Shown piece by piece: positions 55,738 to 64,000 of a stretch of 64,000 nucleotides of DNA. Below the pieces are notes generated by a model. That model searched no databases. It saw nothing but the letters and a program-made list of their open reading frames with translations, and was not told the DNA's origin. The stretch comes from Nitrospirota bacterium. GTDB taxonomy: Bacteria; Nitrospirota; JACRHJ01. The position numbers and the translations under genes were made by a program. Within the stretch, counting starts at the first letter, position 1; the number at the start of each line of letters is the position of its first letter. The stretch spans positions 155,018 to 219,017 of the forward strand of contig CAVTDB010000009.1 of assembly GCA_963733375.1 (NCBI GenBank), written 5' to 3'.

Positions 55738-57834
55738 GTGCACAAGTTACCCAAGATCATATCCCTGTTATTTTCGGCTGCATTTATTCTTACGATGGCA
55801 TCGACTTTCGCGATGGCGGATTCCACCAACGACTTTACCGCGCCCACCAGGCGACGAGATACAGCAAAAGGTCTCGGATATAAACGCGGCCATAAAGGAG
55901 ACGGGCGGCAAGTGGGTTGCGGGCGTGACCTCCATGTCGAAGCTCTCCCCTGCCGAACGCAGGATGCACTTAGGTGCCGCGCCTCCGGGACCGGGAGACC
56001 CCGGCCAAGCGTTAACGGGCGCGCTGTGCCACGGAGTCTGAAAAGGTGCTGCCGTTATTCACCACTCGCGTCGCCCCATGCCGTCGGTCCTGGACTGGCG
56101 GAATTACAACGCCGGCTTACAGCGCTCCATCCAGGTGCAGGCCGGCAACTACGTCACCCCGGTACGCGACCAGGGCAGTTGCGGTTCATGTTTCGTTTTC
56201 GGCTCTATCGCCGGTCTCGAGTCCAGCAATCGCTCATTAGCCATGAGACACACCCGGGAGTCAACCTCAACCTCTCCGAGGAGGTCTTCCTACCTGCGAC
56301 AGCGGCGAGGGGCGGGAGCGACAAATGCCGGGTACATAGTGGGGTCTCATTACCAGCTTTTTCTCCGAGCTACACGGCGCTCCGTTTGAATACTGCGACC
56401 CTTACGCCGAGCAAAAATAGTTATAATTACATGGAAATCCTGATCTATTCATACATCAACTCAAACTATTGGCACGGGATTAGACAACTATAAGATCTCG
56501 GGCTTATCAGTGGATAGATAACTCCTGGGGCCATGATGCCCAGCAAGTTTCCACCCTGAGAAAACGCGCTTTATAACTACGGGCCGATAGTCGTCCGCAT
56601 GGTGGTCTTCAGTGATTTAGATTATTACACGTGGCGGGGTATATTCACGCACGATGGACGATGATCACATGGCGGCCATATCGTCCTGCTGGTCGGCTAC
56701 GATGACTAACAACCAGTGTTTTATCGTGAAGAACAGTTGGGGGACGGGCTGGGGCGAAGGCGGGATTTTTCAGGATAGCTTACAGCGAAGTCGGCACTAA
56801 CGCCTATGGATATAATACTCGACGGCTAAAGGTACCAGGTCCAATTTCGGCGGTTCGGCGCGGTCAAGTACACCGCGCATTGCCCCCCCGTTCTATTCCA
56901 ACATCACTTATTTAAACAGCTATCCCGCGATCAACAACGCCTTTAAGCAGGGCAGACTTTGGCATCTTCGGCCTGTACTATCGGCGGGAGCGGCTAATAC
57001 AGAACTCGACGAAATACATGAGGCGTCTATGTCAATACGGACGGCAGTCACACATACTAGGCTCGCCAAGGATACGTCCGGCGCCGGCACGTGGACGTCC
57101 TGGACATACAAATGGCCTTTGCCGAAAATAGACGGCACGTACACTCATCAAGTGCCTTGTCACGGACGGCTACTTCCAGACCGTTACAGAACAACCCCAT
57201 TACGGTAATGGTTGACAATACCAGGCCGGCGTCGCTCATCACGGCGCCCGCGAAAGGGGATGCTGCTGAACGGCGCGAGCTATCTCATAACCGGCACGGC
57301 CACGGACAACCTCTCCGGCGTTTCCAAGGTAGAAGTCAGCACAAACGGCGGAAAGACGTGGAACCCCGCAAACATCACTTCGGGCTCCGGCACTACTTAG
57401 GCCGCGTGGAGCTACGGCCCTTGGCCCTTGAGCGACGGCGCTTACGTCATAAAGTCCCGCGCGACGGATAACGGCCATGAATGTCGAAAAACCCCTCGCA
57501 ATAAATTCCGTAGCTGTCACTGGTCCCATCCGTCGTCACTTTAAATCCCGTCACGCCAAACGGAAACAGCATCACCGCGACGGCAAGCGTCGTAGATACC
57601 GCCGGCGTAGCGATTCCCAACGTTCCCGTGTTGTTTTACTGTGCGCCGCAAGGGACTACGAAATGGGCGCATAAGTCCACGATTTTGACCGGCGCGGAGC
57701 GGTACGTGCACCTCTCATGCCTTCACTCTGCACAGCGGAAGTTATCAGATCAAGGCGGTCAACAAGTTCACCGCCACGAAGATTGCGCCATCAAACATAG
57801 AACCGGTAGTCGTGCCATAACCAGCGCCAAATAA
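55738..57834 (+). CDS. Secreted papain-like (C1A) cysteine protease with C-terminal Ig-like domains; very heavily disrupted, possibly a pseudogene
   Basis: Signal peptide; PSVLDWRN, VTPVRDQGSCGSCF, NLSEE, GHIVLLVGYDD, IVKNSWGTGWGE; later GTATDNLSGVSKVEVSTNGGKTW. Confidence 0.8.
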
Positions 57835-57908
57835 CTCGTCCTGAGGCAGGCACACGGAAGAAGGCGGCGGCGCGATAAAAACGAATTTTAGTTTGAAGGG
57901 GGGATATT

Positions 57909-58488
57909 ATGGAAATGGATTTAAAGAGTCTTATGTCGAAGGTCGTGGAACTGGAGGGCTCGCTATCCATCGTTTACCAGAAAATCGCGGACCGTTTCAG
58001 CGACGATTCCGAAGCCAAAGAGTTATTTTCGCAGCTTAGTTCCGAGGAGTCGAACCATAAGGAAATCGCCAGCTATGAGCGGAGAGTTATAATGGCCAAT
58101 GCGAACCTTATTCCATCCCGTGGAGATAGATCAAAAGGCGTTTGACTACGTGATGGTGAAAATAAACAGGCTTTCAAATAACAATCTTACAATAGACGAA
58201 ATAGTGGATTTATGCGTCAAGCTTGAAGACAGCATGTCGGAGCATTACGTTTTTATAGCGGCTGGCAAAACTAACAAAAGGTTCGGGAAATTCATAGTGC
58301 AGATGTCCAGCGAGTCGCTTGGACATGCGAATAAGGTTATCGCGTTCGCTAAAAAAAGAGGCATCGTCCTTACAAAGCAAGGAAAAATTGCCCGAACGTC
58401 CAAGGTTCTGCCCGATAGTATGAAAACGCGCCTTCTTATTTTCTCCCCAGCCCTTTTAGAGCCTTTTTATTTTTCGGGTCCAGGTTAA
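57909..58488 (+). CDS. Ferritin/rubrerythrin-like four-helix protein (frameshifted; 3' end approximate)
   Basis: LE.....Y...A..F......LF..L..EE..H, followed by a second E...E..H half. Confidence 0.6.
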
Positions 58489-59877
58489 GCGCGGACTCGA
58501 ACGCGTCTCTCGCCTTGTCCCTTATCCCCGCCTTCTGGTACAAAAGCCCAAGGTTTGCGCGGTGTTCCGCGACGCCCGGCTCAAGCACGACCGCCGTCAG
58601 CATAGCCTCCTCGGCCTCCGCTTCCCGGCGCGGCCTCTGTAGGAGCGCAAGGGCCAGGTAGCTGAAATACGATGCGTTAGACGAATCGAGCCTGGTTGCC
58701 TCCTTGAAATGCACGGTAGCCGACTCGAAGTCTTTTTTCTTAAAGCTTTCAATGCCGTTAGTAAACGCATCCTTCGCCTTGCCCGCATCTTTGGGCTTTT
58801 TCTTCTTTGACACGGGCGCCGCCTATCCGTCATGACCGTGGCGAGAGAGAGGTCGTACTCCCACCGGCGCGAGTCGTTGGAGAGTATGGCGTAAGCCTCT
58901 GAAACTTTCGCGAAAAGCTCCCCCAGCTCCCCGGCCAGCTTCTCCATCCCCGGCGTAAACTGCCCGTCCGGATGATAGAGCCTTGCAAGCCTCTGATATG
59001 CCGACTCTATCTCCTCCTGGGAGGCCTCCGAGTCCAGGCCCAATACCTCGTAATGGTTATGGATTTTCGCATCGAAATACGCCTTCTGGATGGCGGTCCT
59101 GTCGATTACGGGCTCCGCTTCGAGGCGCGTCATGACTTTCGGTTTCTTTTGGGGCTTTCCCCCTTCCTTCTCCAGCATCCCTATGGAAAAGAAGACGTAT
59201 ACCGCCTTCAGGGCCTCGAAATCCCCCACCCTGGACTGGCTGATCGCGTCCTTTATCGTACGCTTCCCGTCAAAGAGAGAGAGGATTATCTTCTCCTCGC
59301 TTGATAAGTCAACGTCCTGGTAGAGCTTCAGCGGATCCGAGGTCGGCCTTAGCACCGTCTCCATCGGCGGGATTCCCCGCGAGATGCGCGTCCAGTCGTC
59401 TATCCTCTTAATGCCCTGCATTATAAGGTTCGCCGTGGACATGTGGAGCGTAATCACCTCGCCCGGCGGAATCTCGCCCGGGATGAACTCGTAGCGCCCT
59501 TCGGTCATGTCGAACAGGCTCGCCACTATCTCCTGCACCTGGTATTTCACGCCCCAGAAGAGGTCCTTCGGCTTTAAATATCCAAGCTCCACCAGTATTC
59601 CGCCCAGGCGTTTTTTTGCATGGGACATCACCTTCGCGGCCATGTCGAACTGTTTGACGTTTATCTTCCCCGCCTTCAGCAGCACCTCGCCAAGACGGTC
59701 CCCCTCGTAGTTCGAGGACGCGAATATTATCTCCCCGTTTTTTATGTACAGGTTCTTGATGATGCTGTCCTTCGCAAGCGAAAGCGTGCCGGAGGCCTTG
59801 ATCCTGTGCAGGTGGGTAAGTATCCCCGGCAGGCCGTTTTCATCTAGCTTTCCGGATAATGGGGCTGGGTTTTGCAT
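58436..59877 (-). CDS. DUF4388 plus J-domain plus TPR protein (1 frameshift)
   Basis: N-terminal G.L...LP.IL...SG.L and RLGEVLL; NHYEVLGL...YHPD...AY.ILS; C-terminal TPR helices. Confidence 0.85.
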
Positions 59878-60104
59878 GGCTTGTGATTATACTTGTTGCC
59901 CTGTCTTTGTCAATCCCCATAATTTTAAAAGATTTTCATATCGTTTCCTTCATTGACAGGAGTTTTATGCCTGTGATAATATTTGGAAGCTTTATAAACT
60001 ATTAATTCAGGTGAAAAATATTTCAAAAGTTTTTGGGCCAGACTTTTTACAAAAAGGCGGCAATTCTTTCTCGTTATTTTAAGGTCCACGAAAGGAGAAG
60101 TTTC

Positions 60105-61151
60105 ATGAAGCACAGGATTGGCATCCTCACGGGGGGCGGGGACTGTCCGGGTCTTAACGCGGTCATCAGGGCTGTATTCAGAAGGGCCGAGCAGTTCGAT
60201 TACGAGGTTATCGGCATCCGGGACGGCTGGAAGGGCCTGCTGGAAATGGAGTGCGAACCCCTGTCGCGTCAGCAGGTTTCCGGAATTCACCTCTTCGGAG
60301 GGACGATACTCGGCACCTCCAGGACGAACCCGTTCAAGAAGGAAAACGGCGCCGAGACTGTCGCCGCAAACATGAAGAAGATGGACCTGCACGCGCTGAT
60401 AGCCGTGGGCGGCGACGACACCCTGGGCGTTTGCAACAAGCTGTCGAAGATGGGGCTTAATACCATCGGCGTACCCAAGACCATAGACAACGACCTCTCC
60501 GCGACGGATGTCACGTTCGGGTACGATACGGCCGTCTCCATCGCCACGGAGTGCATCGACAGGCTGCATACCACCGCGGAGTCCCACCACAGGACGCTGG
60601 TGGTGGAGCTGATGGGCCGCCACGCCGGCTGGATAACCTGCGCGTCGGGTATAGCCGGAGGCGCGGACATGATACTGGTCCCGGAGGAGCCCTTCAATAT
60701 CGTCGAAGTCTGCAATGTATTGAAGAAGCGCGCGGCAAGGGGCAAGAAGTTCAATATCGTCGCGGTCTCCGAGGGTGCGGTGTTCTCCGATGCGCCCGGC
60801 GTGGAAGGTTCGGTGGTCCTTCAGACGGCGGACAAGGACGCGTTCGGGAACGTACGCCTTGGCGGGATCGCCAACATCCTCGCCAAGGAGATAGAGACCA
60901 GGACCGGGTTCGAGACGAGGGCCGTCATCCTGGGACACCTCCAGAGGGGCGGGACGCCCACCGCCTATGACCGGGTGCTTGCTACCCGTTTCGGCGTAAA
61001 GGCGGTGGAACTGGTGCATGAGGGCAGGTTCGGGTTAATGGTGGCAATCCACGGGACGAAGATTGAGGCCGTGCCCCTGGAGGAGGCTGTCGGCAAGACC
61101 AAGACCCTGGACATGGAACTCTACGAGACGGCCAAGATTTTCTTCGGCTGA
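60105..61151 (+). CDS. 6-phosphofructokinase, group III, with PPi-dependent signature
   Basis: GGDCPGLN, GGTILGTSR, GGDDT, PKTIDND, MGRHAGW, GHLQRGG. Confidence 0.9.
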   Translation: MKHRIGILTGGGDCPGLNAVIRAVFRRAEQFDYEVIGIRDGWKGLLEMECEPLSRQQVSGIHLFGGTILGTSRTNPFKKENGAETVAANMKKMDLHALIAVGGDDTLGVCNKLSKMGLNTIGVPKTIDNDLSATDVTFGYDTAVSIATECIDRLHTTAESHHRTLVVELMGRHAGWITCASGIAGGADMILVPEEPFNIVEVCNVLKKRAARGKKFNIVAVSEGAVFSDAPGVEGSVVLQTADKDAFGNVRLGGIANILAKEIETRTGFETRAVILGHLQRGGTPTAYDRVLATRFGVKAVELVHEGRFGLMVAIHGTKIEAVPLEEAVGKTKTLDMELYETAKIFFG

Positions 61152-61172
61152 CGGAGTAAAATATAACTCGAT

Positions 61173-62171
61173 ATGAAAACCATCGCCTTACTTACCTCCG
61201 GAGGAGATTCCTCCGGGATGAACGCCGCCATCAGGAGCGTCGTGCATACCGGCCTGGATATGGGCCTGCGCGTGATAGGCTTCATCCAGGGTTATCAGGG
61301 GCTGATCGAAAACCATTTCATGGAGATGGACTCCGACTCGGTGGACGGGATAATCCAGCGCGGCGGCACGATACTGCGCTCCGCCAGGAGCGGCGAGTTC
61401 AAAAGCGACTGGGGACAGAGGACCTCGCTTGAAAACCTTTCAAAAGATTCGGTCGACGGCGTCATCGTAATCGGCGGGGACGGCTCCCTGCACGGAGCGC
61501 AGGTCCTGCACGACCTGGGCGTCCCGGTCGCCGGCATACCGGCCTCGATCGACAACGACATCTACGGCACGGACATGGCAATCGGCGTGGACACAGCTCT
61601 TAACAACATCGTCCACGCCGTGGACATGCTCCGGGATACCGCGTCGTCGCACGACCGGGCGTTTATCCTTGAGGTCATGGGCAGAAGCTCCGGATACCTG
61701 GCCTATACTTCCGGGCTGGCATGCGCCGCGGAAGCGGTGATAATACCTGAGATCCCTTACGACCTCGACGCCATCGGGATGCGTCTGCTGGAAGCCAAAA
61801 GGCGCGGCAAGACGAACAGCATAGTGATAGTCGCCGAAGGGGCGGGCTCCGCCTACGCCGTGGAGCTTAAGCTTAAATCGTTCGCCGGATTCGAGACCAG
61901 GATTACCGTGCTCGGCCATCTCCAGCGCGGCGGCGAGCCGACGGTCTTCGACAGGCTCCTTGGGAGGCGGCTCGGGGCGGCGGCGGTAAAGCGGCTGGTC
62001 AAGGGGCAGCGCGGATTTATGGTGGGGCTTATAAACAACGAGGTGGTTTCCACTTCTTTCAAGGACGTCTTTGCGCAGAAGAAAACCTTAAGCGAAAAGA
62101 ACCTTGCAATAGCGCGCCAGCTCTCCGGAGCCGACCGGCACAACCCCGAAAAGGAGTTAGAAGATGCCTGA
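61173..62171 (+). CDS. pfkA: ATP-dependent 6-phosphofructokinase
   Basis: TSGGDSSGMNAA, GGTILRSAR, GGDGS, PASIDND, EVMGR, GHLQRGG. Confidence 0.92.
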   Translation: MKTIALLTSGGDSSGMNAAIRSVVHTGLDMGLRVIGFIQGYQGLIENHFMEMDSDSVDGIIQRGGTILRSARSGEFKSDWGQRTSLENLSKDSVDGVIVIGGDGSLHGAQVLHDLGVPVAGIPASIDNDIYGTDMAIGVDTALNNIVHAVDMLRDTASSHDRAFILEVMGRSSGYLAYTSGLACAAEAVIIPEIPYDLDAIGMRLLEAKRRGKTNSIVIVAEGAGSAYAVELKLKSFAGFETRITVLGHLQRGGEPTVFDRLLGRRLGAAAVKRLVKGQRGFMVGLINNEVVSTSFKDVFAQKKTLSEKNLAIARQLSGADRHNPEKELEDA

Positions 62172-62944
62172 GAAACCTGAGAGCCCCGAGAGCCCCGAGA
62201 GCCCGAAACCCCGAATCCGTCGACGAGCTGTACATGCGCGGCAGAGAGTCGTTCGACAGTAAAGACTACGCCCTGGCCCAGAGTTATTTCGAGCAGGTAG
62301 TGGCGATAAGGCCGTACGCGGACGTATTCAACAAGCTGGGCCAGATATATCACGGAAAAGGCGAACTCTCGAAGGCCGCGGAGGCGTTCAAAAAGGCGCT
62401 CGCCGTAAACCCCGGCTATACGGAGGTCTCCTTAAACCTGGCGGTCACCTTAAACGACATGGGCAAATACAACGAGGCAAACGAGATATTCGGAAAGGCC
62501 GCGAAGATCGCGCACGCGACCCCCTACTCGATGGACCCGTACATAAAAGGCAAGCTCGCCAACGAACATTCGAAGATAGCGGACATATATTATGACCTTG
62601 GGCTTTTCGGAGAGGCGGTCGAGGAATACAAGAAGGCGGTAAGCCTGCGCCCGTCGTTCGTGGACATCCTGACCAAAATAGGCATCGCTTACCGCGAAAA
62701 GGGTATGTACAACGAGGCCATCCGCGAGTTCATGAAGTCCAAGGAGATTAACCCGCACTACGTCCCGGCGCGGATCAACCTGGGGATAACCTACTACATG
62801 AAGGGGTTCATAGACCTGGCCGTCAGAGAATGGAACGAGGCGCTGGAGGTGAACCCGGAGAGCACGGACGCCATGATGTACCTGAAGTTCGTCGAGAGCG
62901 AGCAGGCAGGCGGAGAAGACCTGACCAACCTTGGCGAAGATTAA
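62164..62944 (+). CDS. TPR-repeat protein (frameshift in the N-terminal PES repeats)
   Basis: Several repeats of LG..Y...G....A...F.KAL..NP.Y. Confidence 0.88.
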
Positions 62945-62947
62945 CTG

Positions 62948-63056
62948 CAAACCTGTTACCTTTTTAGTAAAAAGGTAACACCAAAAACTTTTAAACTGTT
63001 TTTTTGTCCCGTTTTCTTTGGTTACTTTCTTTTTCGCAAAAGAAAGTAACAAGGGT
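62948..63056. repeat. REPIN-like composite, reverse-complement copy of the 22217-22327 element
   Basis: GTTACCTTTTTAGTAAAAAGGTAACACCAAAAACTTTTAAAC followed by GTTACTTTCTTTTTCGCAAAAGAAAGTAAC. Confidence 0.85.
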
Positions 63057-63059
63057 TTT

Positions 63060-64000
63060 ATGCCCCCACTTCTTCAGTAAAAAATCTCCGCACCGAGTTC
63101 CATACCCGGGAAGGAAGCTTCTTCGCCGTGGACGGCGTGAGCTTTCACGTTGACCAGGGAGAGGTGCTGGGCCTGGTCGGCGAGTCCGGGTGCGGCAAGA
63201 GCGTCACGGCCCTTTCCATCATGCGCATCCTCCCGGACCCTCCCGGACGTGTCGCGGGCGGCGAGGTGATATTCGAGGGGGCGAACCTGCTTACGCTGCC
63301 TGAGCCGCAGATGAGAAAGATACGCGGCGGCAGGATCGGGATGGTCTTCCAGGAGCCGATGACCTCGCTGAACCCGGTATTCACGGTGGGCGACCAGGTG
63401 GCGGAGGCGCTTATCGTACATAAGGGCATGAAAAAAGAAAAAGCGTTTGAGCGGGTGGCGGAGCTTTTCGATATGGTGGGCCTGCCCGAGCCGAAAAGAC
63501 TTCTTGATAATTATCCGCACCAGCTATCCGGCGGGATGCGCCAGAGGGTGATGATAGCGATGGCCATCTCCTGCGGGCCGAGCCTCGTCATAGCCGACGA
63601 GCCGACTACCGCGCTGGACGTGACGATTCAGGCGCAGATACTGGCGCTCCTCGACGACATCCGGAAAAAGACCGGCACGGCCATCATGCTCATCACGCAC
63701 GACCTGGGTATAATCGCGCAGATGGCGGACAGGGTCGCCGTGATGTACGCGGGCAGGATAGTGGAAGAGGCGAAGACGGACGATATATTCTACGACCCGC
63801 TGCACCCATATACCGAGGGGCTTTTAGCGTCCATCCCGAAGCCGGGCGAAAAGCCGGACAGGCTTAAGGCAATCCCCGGCATGGTGCCGAAAATCACCGA
63901 ACTCCCGCACGGCTGCAAGTTCCTTCCGAGGTGCCAGTACGCGAAGCCGGAATACGCCGAGAGCGAGCCGGAGCTTACCGAAGTGAAGCCGGGCCACTGG
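63060..64000 (+). CDS. Oligopeptide/dipeptide ABC transporter ATP-binding protein (OppD/DppD), truncated by the window end
   Basis: Read by hand: [61 protein letters not shown]. Confidence 0.92.

Noticed and set aside
60033-60104. N-terminal extension on the first PFK in the ORF track
   Set aside because: An AAGGAG RBS precedes the ATG at 60105, and the upstream part overlaps a decayed repeat.
62164-62215. 9-bp tandem repeat CCCGAGAGC as a phase-variation tract
   Set aside because: The unit length is a multiple of three and encodes a PES linker. The local frameshift is more likely sequencing error.

Overview
Chromosomal window from an anaerobic diderm bacterium. Gene content and style (split atpBE, lon-hsp20-galU-coaE, tandem DUF507, DUF4388 proteins, RomR, frequent ATA codons) suggest Nitrospirota or Desulfobacterota, but this is inference. 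Many genes, including essential ones, are split by 1-nt indels, which points to long-read consensus error, so I joined the fragments by eye and those boundaries are approximate. Left part: class II ribonucleotide reductase with a promoter and NrdR box, a RomR-like regulator, dgt, deoB, a cobalamin-riboswitch-controlled cbiMNQO, nikR, a cysK/Rrf2/LysR block, a GAF-GGDEF cyclase and an acetate-activation cluster. Centre (25988-43850, minus strand): a tight 15-gene chemosensory operon that is the main candidate for an undescribed system. Between its two cheW genes sit a decaheme cytochrome lipoprotein, an MtrB/PioB-like beta-barrel, an orphan periplasmic binding protein and a long chemoreceptor ending in a cytoplasmic PhnD-like domain. 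Right part: atpB/E, rimO, a CysC-sulfotransferase fusion, manC, thiL, lon, hsp20, galU, coaE, a heavily broken papain-like protease, a DUF4388-J-TPR protein, tandem PPi- and ATP-type PFKs, a TPR protein and a partial oppD. A family of AT-rich REP/REPIN-like palindromes is dispersed through the window, and a possible decayed RAYT-type transposase lies near the left end. I saw no rRNA, tRNA or CRISPR array.
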